NCBI GenBank assembly: GCA_051748445.1
Contig: JBNJHL010000003.1
Span: 1-47,315, forward strand
Length of the DNA: 47,315 bases
Source of the DNA: Bacillota bacterium
GTDB taxonomy: Bacteria > Bacillota > Dethiobacteria > DTU022
Reading direction: 5' to 3'
The position numbers were made by a program, and so were the translations under genes. Each line of letters starts with the position of its first letter. Within the stretch, counting starts at the first letter, position 1. The notes below the pieces were generated by a model. It made no database searches, was not told the origin of the DNA, and saw nothing but the letters and a program-made list of their open reading frames with translations. Shown here one piece after another: positions 17,431 through 27,008 of the stretch.

Positions 17431-18726
17431 ATGCCTTTGCCTATTTGTTCCTTTGAACAATACCAGAAAGATTATCCCGCTGCTTCCCTGGATGCCTATT
17501 CTGCTGAACGCTCTAAAGTGCTGGAAATTATAAATACTGTTAGGCAAAATGGTGATACCGCCCTTTTCAATTATACGGAAAAATTTGATCAGGTCAGGCT
17601 TAGGCAGCTAAAAGTTAGTAAGGAAGAGCTGGAAAAGGCGCATAATAACGTTGAGCCTTATCTGTTGGAAGCAATCAGGGAAGCCAAAACAAATATAGTG
17701 CGGTTTCACCGCCGCCAGCTTGATAATAACTGGTGGGATAGTGGTTCGGGCTGGATAGTAGGACAGCGCGCTATTCCGCTGCAAAAGGCAGGGGCATATA
17801 TTCCTGGTGGCACAGCCGCTTACCCGTCTTCAGTCTTGATGACTGTAATCCCGGCCCGTGTGGCTGGAGTTCCTGAGGTTTATCTTTGCACCCCTCCGGA
17901 TAGCAGTGGCAAGGTAAACAGCTTAACCCTTGCAGCTGCCCGTGAAGCCGGAGCAACCGCAGTTTATAAAGTGGGAGGCGCACAGGCAGTTGCAGCGATG
18001 GCTTACGGGACTGAGACAATTCCGGCAGTGCAAAAAATTGTAGGTCCCGGTAATATCTTTGTAACGCTTGCTAAGAGAGAAGTTTACGGCCAGGTTGGAA
18101 TTGATATGCTGGCCGGACCCAGTGAAATTGTCATAGTAGCAGAGAAAGAAGCCAATCCGGTTTATATTGCTGCTGACCTGTTGTCGCAGGCCGAACACGA
18201 TCCGCTTTCCCGTTCAATCCTGGTTACACCTTCCGAAATGTTAGCCAAAACAGTTATTGAAAAACTTGAAGAACAACTTGAAACACTGCCTCGAAAAGAA
18301 GTTGCCCTTGCGGCCCTGACAGAGAAGGGGGCTATAATTATGGTACCGGAACTTGAATATGCCTGGCCGGTTGTAAATGAGCTTTCCCCGGAGCACCTTG
18401 AGCTGCACCTTAACGATGCCTGGCAGTACCTTGATCATATTAAAAATGCCGGGGCAATATTTGTTGGTCAATATACACCTGAACCTGTTGGTGATTACTG
18501 GGCAGGGTCAAATCACGTCTTGCCCACCGGCGCAGCAGCCCGTTATGCTTCTGCGCTTGGAGTGACCGACTTTTTAAAGAAAACCCATGTTATCAGTTAC
18601 TCGGCATCTGCCCTGCAGCAATCTGCAGATCAAATTGCTGCACTGGCCAGAGCCGAAGGCCTTGAAGCTCATGCAAGAGCTGTATTGCTAAGGAGGCAAG
18701 ATGATGACCAGAAAAGCAAAAGTTAA
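17431..18726 (+). CDS. hisD: Histidinol dehydrogenase
   Basis: HisD family along the full length. ATG 17431 lies 7 nt after AGGAGA (the track ORF starts at 17338 within the promoter). Confidence 0.9.
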   Translation: MPLPICSFEQYQKDYPAASLDAYSAERSKVLEIINTVRQNGDTALFNYTEKFDQVRLRQLKVSKEELEKAHNNVEPYLLEAIREAKTNIVRFHRRQLDNNWWDSGSGWIVGQRAIPLQKAGAYIPGGTAAYPSSVLMTVIPARVAGVPEVYLCTPPDSSGKVNSLTLAAAREAGATAVYKVGGAQAVAAMAYGTETIPAVQKIVGPGNIFVTLAKREVYGQVGIDMLAGPSEIVIVAEKEANPVYIAADLLSQAEHDPLSRSILVTPSEMLAKTVIEKLEEQLETLPRKEVALAALTEKGAIIMVPELEYAWPVVNELSPEHLELHLNDAWQYLDHIKNAGAIFVGQYTPEPVGDYWAGSNHVLPTGAAARYASALGVTDFLKKTHVISYSASALQQSADQIAALARAEGLEAHARAVLLRRQDDDQKSKS

Positions 18727-19294
18727 TCGTATCACTGCGGAAACTGAAATATCGCTTGAGATAAAACTGGACGGCCGTGGTAAAGCTGTACTTAAAACAG
18801 GGCTGCCTTTTTTTGATCACATGCTTGATCTCTTGTGTCGACACGGTTTTTTTGATCTTAACCTGGAGGCTAAAGGCGATTTAGAGGTAGACGGACATCA
18901 CCTGGTGGAGGACGTTGGCATTTGTCTTGGTCGTGCCTGGCACGAAGCTATAGGAAATAAAAAGGGCATCAAGCGATATGGTTTTAGTATAGTTCCGATG
19001 GATGAAGCGTTGATTACAGCAGCTGCAGACCTGTCTGGCCGTCCCTACCTGTACTACGATTTTTCCTTGCCGGCAGGCCTGGTTGGGACAATGGATACTG
19101 AACTTTTTAGAGAGTTCTGGCAGGCATTTGTCAATGAAGGTCGCTTAAATCTCCATTTAATGATGAATCATGGTTTAAACAAGCATCATATAATTGAAGC
19201 CTCTTTCAAAGCAGCTGGCAAATCCCTGAATGAAGCTTCATCAAGAATTGAAAACTTTGATGAAGTGCTTTCAACTAAAGGCAATCTGGAGTGA
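18704..19294 (+). CDS. hisB: Imidazoleglycerol-phosphate dehydratase
   Basis: RITAETEI..., DGHHLVED, HHIIEA motifs. AGGAGG at 18691-18696; ATG at 18701 or 18704. Confidence 0.9.
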   Translation: MTRKAKVNRITAETEISLEIKLDGRGKAVLKTGLPFFDHMLDLLCRHGFFDLNLEAKGDLEVDGHHLVEDVGICLGRAWHEAIGNKKGIKRYGFSIVPMDEALITAAADLSGRPYLYYDFSLPAGLVGTMDTELFREFWQAFVNEGRLNLHLMMNHGLNKHHIIEASFKAAGKSLNEASSRIENFDEVLSTKGNLE

Positions 19295-19295
19295 G

Positions 19296-20024
19296 GTGAA
19301 GGAATTGCTGGTTATACCTGCAATTGATTTGCACCGGGGCCGCTGTGTCCGCCTCTATCAAGGGGATCTAGAACGGGAAACAGTTTACGGCAACAATCCT
19401 GTTGATATTGCCCGGCAATGGGAGGAGCTCGGCGCTAAAATGCTGCACCTGGTAGATCTTGATGGGGCCTTTACCGGGCACTCAAAAAATGCCCAGGTTA
19501 TCTGCAGTATTGGTGAGCAGGTCCATATACCGCTGCAGCTTGGTGGAGGGATTCGCTCCAGGGAAGCGGTTGAAAAAGCTATATCAGCAGGAGTTTCCAG
19601 GGTTATTTTAGGGACCATTGCCATTGAGCATCCCGATCTTGCCTGTGAACTGATCGAAGATTTCAACGACAGGATCCTGGTAGGTATTGATGCTCGGGAC
19701 GGGATTGCGGCTGTAAAAGGCTGGACTGAAGTTTCAACTATATCGGCAGTTGACCTGGCCGTTCGTATTGAGCAGTGGGGTGTAAAGGAAGTAATTTATA
19801 CCGATATCCAGAAGGACGGAACCATGCTGGGGCCGGATTTAAAAGGACTGGAAGCATTACTGGAAAAAACCTCCCTGCAGCTGATAGTATCAGGTGGAAT
19901 CTCTTCTATAGAAGACCTGAAATCTTTAAAACCATATGCTGAAAGAGTTAAAGGTGTAATTATTGGCAAAGCCCTTTATTCAAATCAGTTAACTCTGCCT
20001 GACGCCATGGCAGTTTTTCAATAA
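19296..20024 (+). CDS. hisA: ProFAR isomerase (HisA)
   Basis: VIPAIDLHRGRCVRLYQGD, GGGIRS, SGGISS motifs. GTG 19296 after GGAG (TTG 19305 is an alternative). Confidence 0.85.
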   Translation: MKELLVIPAIDLHRGRCVRLYQGDLERETVYGNNPVDIARQWEELGAKMLHLVDLDGAFTGHSKNAQVICSIGEQVHIPLQLGGGIRSREAVEKAISAGVSRVILGTIAIEHPDLACELIEDFNDRILVGIDARDGIAAVKGWTEVSTISAVDLAVRIEQWGVKEVIYTDIQKDGTMLGPDLKGLEALLEKTSLQLIVSGGISSIEDLKSLKPYAERVKGVIIGKALYSNQLTLPDAMAVFQ

Positions 20025-20040
20025 ACGACAGGAGGAAAAA

Positions 20041-20430
20041 ATGGGAGACACAAAAAAGAACGAAAAACTCCAGCCTCTCAAAACAAATCAGCTGAAGTAT
20101 GACCAGAATGGCCTGCTTCCTGCAGTAATCCAGGATGTCCGCACTGATGCTGTTCTAATGGTAGGCTATATGAATGAAGAAGCAGTTAAAAGGACCCTTA
20201 AAGAAGGCAAAGTTTGTTTTTGGAGCCGCAGCCGCCAGGAGTACTGGGTGAAAGGTGAAACTTCTGGCAACTTTTTTGATCTCAAGGCCATCTATGCCGA
20301 CTGTGATGCTGATACATTACTGGTAAAGGTAGTGCCTCTTGGTCCCGGAATTGCCTGTCACACTGGACGTTATTCCTGCTTCTATAACTCTCTTGCCGGT
20401 TTTAATAACCAGGAGCTTTTTGATGATTGA
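20041..20430 (+). CDS. hisI: Phosphoribosyl-AMP cyclohydrolase (HisI only, no HisE domain)
   Basis: LLPAVIQD, YMNEEA, SRSRQEYWVKGETSGN, CHTG motifs. SD AGGAGG. Confidence 0.88.
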   Translation: MGDTKKNEKLQPLKTNQLKYDQNGLLPAVIQDVRTDAVLMVGYMNEEAVKRTLKEGKVCFWSRSRQEYWVKGETSGNFFDLKAIYADCDADTLLVKVVPLGPGIACHTGRYSCFYNSLAGFNNQELFDD

Positions 20431-21220
20431 TTATCACCTGCATACACCTCGCTGCTGTCATGCATCAGGAACTCTTCAGGAATACCTGGCTGAAGCAAAA
20501 AACATGGCATTATCAGAGATAGGGTTTTCCGATCATTTTCCCTTAGGTCTGCTTGGTTATACACCCCGCAACCAGGTGACGATGAAACCGGAAGAATTAG
20601 ATCAATATATAAGTGATGTAGCAGCCTTGAAAAAAACTTCTGCTGATGTGAAAATTAAGCTGGGTATTGAAGTTGACTACATACCGGGAACGGAAGACAA
20701 AGTAAAGGCATTACTGGAAAAATATAGTTTTGATTACGTTATCGGTTCTATTCATTTTTTGGGCGACTGGGATTTTACGCACCCTGTTTATGCTGATACT
20801 TATAAAGATCGCGATATCGATGAAATATACAGTCTGTATTTAGACCTGCTGGGTAGACTTTGCCGAAGCAATCTTTTTGACATAGTAGGACATATTGATG
20901 TTGTAAAAAAGTTTGGCTACCGGCCTGAAAACGGTCTTGAAGATTACTGGCAGAATATAGTCCAGATCCTGAAAGAAACCGGAGCTTGTTTTGAACTGAA
21001 TACAGCCGGAAAAGATGCGCCGGTAGGCGACTTTTATCCTGACCGGCGTCTGCTCGAACTGGCGTGTGCTGCCGGTATACCCGTAACTCTTGGTTCTGAT
21101 GCTCATCGACCAGACCAGGTCGGCCGCTTTTTCCATGAAGCAATTGCACTATTAAAAGCTGCTGGGTACAGAGAGCTTACTGTATTTGAAGGCAGGGTTA
21201 AAAGTAGTTATCTCATATGA
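20423..21220 (+). CDS. hisJ: Histidinol-phosphatase, PHP family
   Basis: IDYHLHT, GFSDH, GSIH, GHID, GSDAH PHP motifs. ATG 20423 lies 7 nt after AGGAG and overlaps the hisI stop. Confidence 0.85.
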   Translation: MIDYHLHTPRCCHASGTLQEYLAEAKNMALSEIGFSDHFPLGLLGYTPRNQVTMKPEELDQYISDVAALKKTSADVKIKLGIEVDYIPGTEDKVKALLEKYSFDYVIGSIHFLGDWDFTHPVYADTYKDRDIDEIYSLYLDLLGRLCRSNLFDIVGHIDVVKKFGYRPENGLEDYWQNIVQILKETGACFELNTAGKDAPVGDFYPDRRLLELACAAGIPVTLGSDAHRPDQVGRFFHEAIALLKAAGYRELTVFEGRVKSSYLI

Positions 21221-21288
21221 CATATTTTTTAATAATCAATTATTGGTTTGTCCCTTAATATTTTTTAAGAAAGGAAACAGGAGCAAAA

Positions 21289-21768
21289 ATGAGCGGGGCA
21301 AAATTATTTTTTGATTTTACCACCACTTCGGAAGGCAAATTTATTATTATATTTAATAAAAACGGTCTTTATGAAATATTGTTCCCCGGTAAAAAGTTGG
21401 AAGTAAAAGCTGAGCCGGCAAAACTACCCTGGTTGAAACTGGGGGATGATCTAAAGCGCTATTTTGAAGGTGAAGCAGTTGATTGGTCAGGATATGCCCT
21501 CGATCACAGTGGATATGGTCGGTTTACTGCGGTCCTGCTAAATGAGGTTAGTAAAATCCCTTATGGACAGGTCTGTTCTTACCGGGAAGCGGCCGAACGG
21601 GCAGGCTCTCCCCTGGCCTGGCGGGCCGCCGGACAGGCCCTGGCTGCAAATCGTCATCCGATCATTGTTCCCTGTCACCGGGTTATCGGCAGTGATGGAA
21701 GAATTGGCGGTTTCAGCGGCCCGGCTGGTTGGAAAGAAATGCTGCTCAAGCTGGAAGGGGCAGTGTAG
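21289..21768 (+). CDS. ogt: Methylated-DNA--protein-cysteine methyltransferase
   Basis: IPYGQV.SY...A, active site PCHRVIGSDG. Confidence 0.88.
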   Translation: MSGAKLFFDFTTTSEGKFIIIFNKNGLYEILFPGKKLEVKAEPAKLPWLKLGDDLKRYFEGEAVDWSGYALDHSGYGRFTAVLLNEVSKIPYGQVCSYREAAERAGSPLAWRAAGQALAANRHPIIVPCHRVIGSDGRIGGFSGPAGWKEMLLKLEGAV

Positions 21769-21989
21769 TATTTTTAAAGGTTAACGAGAAGCAACAGCCC
21801 AGTTTTTTGAAGGATAGCTCACATCATAATAGTAGCATAGACTAAAGATATTCAGGGTAATTAATAGTTCATTAAGAAGTAAATTGATAACCTTCGCCTG
21901 TGGGAAGGATTCAATTGTCATCGTAGCGAAGCGAAGGCCCACGGAGAAGATAAGAATATTTTACTCTGGCAGAGAGGGGAGTTTTCTAA

Positions 21990-23162
21990 ATGCGCTATCT
22001 TTCAGGCGGTGAATCGCATGGTCCTTGCCTTACAGCAATCATAGAGGGATTGCCTGCCGGCTTGCTTATCAAATCAACAGATATAAACAAACATCTTGAA
22101 CGGCGGCAGAAGGGATATGGTCGTGGTGGCAGGATGGCGATTGAAAAAGACAGCATAAAGATATTATCAGGCCTGCGCTTTAATAAGACTATTGGAAGCC
22201 CGCTTACCCTGCAGATTACTAACCGGGACTGGAAAAACTGGGAAAGCTTGATGGCTTCTGAAGGAACTGCCCCGGAAGATTTAGTGCATCTTACCTGCCC
22301 ACGTCCCGGACATGCCGACCTGGCCGGTGGATTGAAATACGATCACGAGGATTTGCGATTAGTTTTAGAACGCTCCAGCGCCCGTGAAACGGCAATCCGG
22401 GTGGCAGTAGGCAGCGTGGGTCGGATCTTGCTGGAGAAATTTAACGTTAAGATCTTCAGCCATGTTGTCCGGATTGGTTTAATTAAAGGTAAAACCAACA
22501 GTTCCGATATTCCGGCCCTGGCAAATAAAATAGAAGCATCGCCCCTGCGCTGTGCCGATGATGAAGCAGAAAAAGATATGATCAGTGCAATTGAAGAGTC
22601 CCGGGAAAATGGAGATACCCTTGGTGGTGTGTTTGAACTGGTTATTATCGGTTTGCCTTCCGGGCTGGGCAGTCATGTCCATTGGGATCGCCGTTTGGAC
22701 GGTCGCCTGGCAGGGGCATTAATGAGTATTCAAGGTATTAAAGGGATAGAGGTTGGTCTGGGTTTCCAAAGTGCGGCAGAACCGGGCTCGAAGGTTCATG
22801 ATCCAATCAAAAAGGCACCCGGAACTGGTATTATCCGTAATTCAAACCGGGCAGGTGGCCTGGAGGGCGGTATTAGTAATGGTCAGCCCCTGGTTTTACG
22901 GGCGGCAATGAAACCAATCCCAACCATGTCACAACCCCTCCCCAGTATTGACTGGGTTAGCGGGGAAGAAGTTAAGGGGGCCACGGAAAGATCAGATATC
23001 TGTGCTGTTCCGGCAGCCGCGGTTGTTGCGGAGGCGGCTGCTGCCTGGGAACTGGCCCTTGCTTTTCGAGAAAAGTTTGCAGGGGATTATATGGAAGAGG
23101 TTGAAGCGTCATACGATTTTTACATGGACCGGGTTAGAAAACGTTTACATGTTGAGAGTTAA
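21990..23162 (+). CDS. aroC: Chorismate synthase
   Basis: GESHG, RPGHAD, SARETA, GGISNG motifs. Confidence 0.92.
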   Translation: MRYLSGGESHGPCLTAIIEGLPAGLLIKSTDINKHLERRQKGYGRGGRMAIEKDSIKILSGLRFNKTIGSPLTLQITNRDWKNWESLMASEGTAPEDLVHLTCPRPGHADLAGGLKYDHEDLRLVLERSSARETAIRVAVGSVGRILLEKFNVKIFSHVVRIGLIKGKTNSSDIPALANKIEASPLRCADDEAEKDMISAIEESRENGDTLGGVFELVIIGLPSGLGSHVHWDRRLDGRLAGALMSIQGIKGIEVGLGFQSAAEPGSKVHDPIKKAPGTGIIRNSNRAGGLEGGISNGQPLVLRAAMKPIPTMSQPLPSIDWVSGEEVKGATERSDICAVPAAAVVAEAAAAWELALAFREKFAGDYMEEVEASYDFYMDRVRKRLHVES

Positions 23163-23229
23163 TGCTAAATTAAAGTAACTAATCAGTCTTCTGAGAGAAA
23201 CTACGCTTGCAGCCGTAGAAGGAGATTTT

Positions 23230-24327
23230 ATGACAGGTCAGGAAATTAAAGTTAAATCTTCAGGGTTTACATACAGGGCAATTATTGAAAAGGGCTCTTT
23301 GGCGAATATTGGCAGGGCAGCCCGTTTGCTCTTGCCTGCAGGAAATGCCCTCCTGGTTAGTGACAGCAATGTTTTTTCTTTATACGGTAGGCAGGTCATA
23401 AAAGCCCTGGAATCAGAAAAATGGCAGGTTAACAGTATCCAGGTTCAACCGGGGGAACAGGTAAAAAACTTGGATAACGCCTCAAGGCTCTATGATGCAG
23501 CCGTTGATGCCGGGCTTGATCGAAACTCACCGGTTATCGCTTTAGGCGGCGGAGTTGTCGGCGATCTGAGTGGTTTTGTTGCTTCAACATACCTGCGAGG
23601 TATTCCCCTGATCATGATTCCCACCAGTTTATTAGCCCAGGTTGACAGCAGTGTAGGCGGGAAAGTTGCGGTTAATCATCCCCGTGGAAAAAATTTAATT
23701 GGTTCTATTTATCCTCCTTGCCTGGTGGTGATTGACCCGGTCGTGCTTGAAACTTTACCCCGCCGGGAGTTATATGCAGGGCTGGCCGAGGTAATAAAAT
23801 ATGGCGTTATTGGAAATGGAGATTTTTTTTACTGGTTGGAGAATAATATGGATAAACTGCTTAGTGGTGACAACAGTAGCCTGGAAAAAGCGATAGCGGA
23901 ATCTGTTCGGGCCAAGGCCCGGGTTGTCCAGGCTGATGAATATGAAAATGACTATCGCCGTGTTCTCAACTTTGGTCATACTATCGGCCATGCACTAGAA
24001 GCAGCAACAAATTACAGTTATTACCTGCATGGGGAGGCGGTGCTGGTTGGTATGGCTGCTGTTGTAAATCTGGCGTTGCAAAAAGGGCTGATTCAGAAAG
24101 CTGAAGCCGAAAGAATTACTGCTTTGCTTAAAAAAATGAACTTTAAAAAAGCACCAATGGACTTGACCGCAGAGAAGGTAATAGATAAACTAAGGCAAGA
24201 TAAAAAACGTCGTCAAGATGACCTGATTTTTGTGCTGCCTACCGGAATCGGGCAGACTGTTATTGAACCGGTCAATGATGAAAAGCTTTTAAAGGAAACA
24301 GTTTGGCAGTACTTGAGTCAGTCTTAA
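23230..24327 (+). CDS. aroB: 3-dehydroquinate synthase
   Basis: GGGVVGDL.GF.A, DSSVGGK, GHT.GHA.E motifs. Confidence 0.92.
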   Translation: MTGQEIKVKSSGFTYRAIIEKGSLANIGRAARLLLPAGNALLVSDSNVFSLYGRQVIKALESEKWQVNSIQVQPGEQVKNLDNASRLYDAAVDAGLDRNSPVIALGGGVVGDLSGFVASTYLRGIPLIMIPTSLLAQVDSSVGGKVAVNHPRGKNLIGSIYPPCLVVIDPVVLETLPRRELYAGLAEVIKYGVIGNGDFFYWLENNMDKLLSGDNSSLEKAIAESVRAKARVVQADEYENDYRRVLNFGHTIGHALEAATNYSYYLHGEAVLVGMAAVVNLALQKGLIQKAEAERITALLKKMNFKKAPMDLTAEKVIDKLRQDKKRRQDDLIFVLPTGIGQTVIEPVNDEKLLKETVWQYLSQS

Positions 24328-24351
24328 TGAAGATTGGAGTGTGGGATAAGA

Positions 24352-25590
24352 ATGAAATCACCTGTTAAGCCGGGCCGGGTCCTGGCCCTGCTGCTATTGT
24401 GCCTGCTTATAATTATTTCAGGCTATTATGCTTTTCAAGCTGCTTTTGACAGGGAAGAAGGGATAAAAAGAGGCCTTGATATTGCCGGAGGTCTTTACGT
24501 CCTTATGGAAACGGTTGAAACCGGAGAAGACGATGTTGACGAAGATGCTGTGGAAAGAGCAATTGAAATTATTCGCAACCGGGTTGATGAGCTGGGTGTG
24601 GCTGAACCGGTAATAGCCGCCCAGGGCGATGATCGCATCCGTATTGAGCTGCCCGATCTTGAAGATGTGGAACAGGCTCGAGATATTATTGGACGAACGG
24701 CTCTGCTGCAGTTTATCGGGCCCGATGGTGAGATAATTGTTACCGGGGCTAATTTGGATAATGCTAGAGCAGAGCGGGCTCCTGAACATAGCCCATATCC
24801 TTTTGTTAGCATTGAATTTGATGATGTCGGGGCCAGGCTTTTTGCAGAAGCAACCGCGGAATATATTGGTCAGCCCATCGCCATTGTTCTTGATGACGAA
24901 GTTATTTCTGAGCCTATTGTTCAGAATGTAATCCCGGATGGCAGTGGAACAATTACCGGTGACTTTGATTTCGAGGAGGCAGCGGAACTGGCTCTGCTGT
25001 TGCGAAGCGGAGCACTGCCGGTTGAACTACGTGAGCTGGAGTCCCGGTTAATTGGCCCTACCCTGGGCCAGAGAACTGAAGAAATTGCTGTATATGCTGC
25101 CGGAATTGGACTCGGACTGGTTTTGCTTTTCATGGTTATTGTTTACAGGACTGCGGGAGTTATTGCCGGCCTGGCCCTGGTTTTCTATATGTCCCTGGTG
25201 CTCTGGGCATTGACATATTTGCCCACTACCCTGACCCTTCCGGGCATCGCCGGGCTGATACTATCCATAGGGATGGCAGTAGATGCCAACGTGATTATCT
25301 TTGAGCGAATTAAAGATGAACTGCGTTCAGGACGGACTCCGCGTAGTGCCATGGAAGGCGGATTTCGCCGGGCCTTTCGGGCGATTATTGATGCCAATGT
25401 TACTACGCTTATAGTAACTATAGTGCTTTTTACCCTGGCCGACGGACCGGTTAGAGGTTTTGCAGTCACCCTTTTTATCGGTATTATATGCAGCATGTTC
25501 ACAGCTATAGTTTTGACCCGAATCCTGATGCGTCTGTCTTTTAGAGCCGGTTTAATCAGAAGTGGGGCTTATGTGGGGGTGAGAGGATGA
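24352..25590 (+). CDS. secD: Protein translocase subunit SecD
   Basis: SecD family, GLDIAGG, C-terminal 6-TM region. ATG 24352 (track ORF starts at 24334). Confidence 0.9.
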   Translation: MKSPVKPGRVLALLLLCLLIIISGYYAFQAAFDREEGIKRGLDIAGGLYVLMETVETGEDDVDEDAVERAIEIIRNRVDELGVAEPVIAAQGDDRIRIELPDLEDVEQARDIIGRTALLQFIGPDGEIIVTGANLDNARAERAPEHSPYPFVSIEFDDVGARLFAEATAEYIGQPIAIVLDDEVISEPIVQNVIPDGSGTITGDFDFEEAAELALLLRSGALPVELRELESRLIGPTLGQRTEEIAVYAAGIGLGLVLLFMVIVYRTAGVIAGLALVFYMSLVLWALTYLPTTLTLPGIAGLILSIGMAVDANVIIFERIKDELRSGRTPRSAMEGGFRRAFRAIIDANVTTLIVTIVLFTLADGPVRGFAVTLFIGIICSMFTAIVLTRILMRLSFRAGLIRSGAYVGVRG

Positions 25591-26510
25591 TTGATTTTAT
25601 CGAAAATCGCCGTAAAGCATATTTATTTTCAGGAGTAATGGTTGTTACCTGCCTGCTGTCAATAATTATTTTTGGTTTAAACCTGGGTATTGATTTTACC
25701 GGGGGAACTGTTTTGCATCTGACCATCGGCGAAGAAACTACTACAGAGCAGATTCAGGAAGTGATCGCCCCTTATGAAGAATTGGAAGGAGCGGCAATCC
25801 AGGTTGTTAAAGGCCGGGATTTAAGCGGCGAGGTGACTGATGAAGGGGTGGTAATAAAAGCGCCCTATATAGAGGAGGAGCGTCGTGAGCAGATCCTGGC
25901 TTCATTTATGGAACGCTGGCCCTCAATCGATCATGCAGACTTAAGGATTGAAAGCGTAGGGGCAACAATTGGCGGTGAGCTAACCCGTCAGGCTATTCTA
26001 TCGCTGGTAGTTGCAATTGTCCTGATGATTGGTTATATTACTTATCGCTTTGAAATAAAATTTGCCCTGGCTACGATTGCAGCTTTGCTGCATAATATAA
26101 TTATTGTAATTGGTATTTTTTCCATTTTACAGATGGAAATCAACGTGCCGTTTGTGGCGGCCATCCTGACTGTTTTTGGCTATTCCGTCAATGATACTAT
26201 TGTTATAATTGACCGTATTCGTGAAAATATCATCCACAAAAAAAGAAAAGAATACCCGGAAGTGGTCAATGAAAGTATTAATCAAAACCTGGTTAGATCG
26301 ATTAATACCTCTTTGACCACACTGTTTGTTTTAATAGCCTTGCTGCTGGGCTTTCACTTTTTTATCGGCAGCCTGGACCTGATTGTTTTTGTGGTGGCAT
26401 TGATTCTGGGTGTATTAATTGGTACTTATTCTTCAATTTTTGTTGCCAGTCCCCTGTGGCTCAATCTGCAGGACTTGAGTTTCAGGCGAAAAAGCCGCAC
26501 CGCGGCATAA
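25587..26510 (+). CDS. secF: Protein translocase subunit SecF
   Basis: GIDFTGGT, SVNDTIVI.DRIRE. The start overlaps the secD stop. Confidence 0.9.
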   Translation: MIDFIENRRKAYLFSGVMVVTCLLSIIIFGLNLGIDFTGGTVLHLTIGEETTTEQIQEVIAPYEELEGAAIQVVKGRDLSGEVTDEGVVIKAPYIEEERREQILASFMERWPSIDHADLRIESVGATIGGELTRQAILSLVVAIVLMIGYITYRFEIKFALATIAALLHNIIIVIGIFSILQMEINVPFVAAILTVFGYSVNDTIVIIDRIRENIIHKKRKEYPEVVNESINQNLVRSINTSLTTLFVLIALLLGFHFFIGSLDLIVFVVALILGVLIGTYSSIFVASPLWLNLQDLSFRRKSRTAA

Positions 26511-26534
26511 TTAATGTTCCCGGGAGGGATGATC

Positions 26535-27008
26535 ATGGGTTCTTTTTATTTGATCATGGGCCTGGTTTTCAGTTTGATTATTGCTATTATGGCCCTTGCT
26601 AATAATGAGTCGGTAACAGTAAGTTATATTTTTGGAAGAGCCGAGGTTTCACTGATTCTTTTAATTCTAAGTTCAGCTTTCGTCGGGGCCATGGCCATGG
26701 GACTATTTGCCCTTTTCCGCAGTATCCAGACAGCTTTCTCTTTCCGTGAGATGCGCCAAAAAGAGGAGACATTACAGAAAAAGGTTAAAGCCCTGGAAGA
26801 AGAAAAAGTTTTCCTGGAAGCCGAGCTCAACAAGGCCTTGTCCGTGCCGGAAGAAGAATCAGGTTCGACTGAGAGTGAAGTTGTAGCTGAGAGTGAAACT
26901 GAGCATGAAGAAAAAGAACCTGATGCAGGTGCCCGGACAGAATCTGAGTCGGCAACTGGAACATTGCAAGAAGAGGTGGAAGAGTCTTCAGATGAGTCTG
27001 AGCGGTAA
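26535..27008 (+). CDS. LapA/DUF1049-like small membrane protein with a coiled-coil and an acidic tail
   Basis: Two TM helices, then a Glu-rich tail. ATG 26535 lies 6 nt after GGGAGGG. Confidence 0.6.
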   Translation: MGSFYLIMGLVFSLIIAIMALANNESVTVSYIFGRAEVSLILLILSSAFVGAMAMGLFALFRSIQTAFSFREMRQKEETLQKKVKALEEEKVFLEAELNKALSVPEEESGSTESEVVAESETEHEEKEPDAGARTESESATGTLQEEVEESSDESER

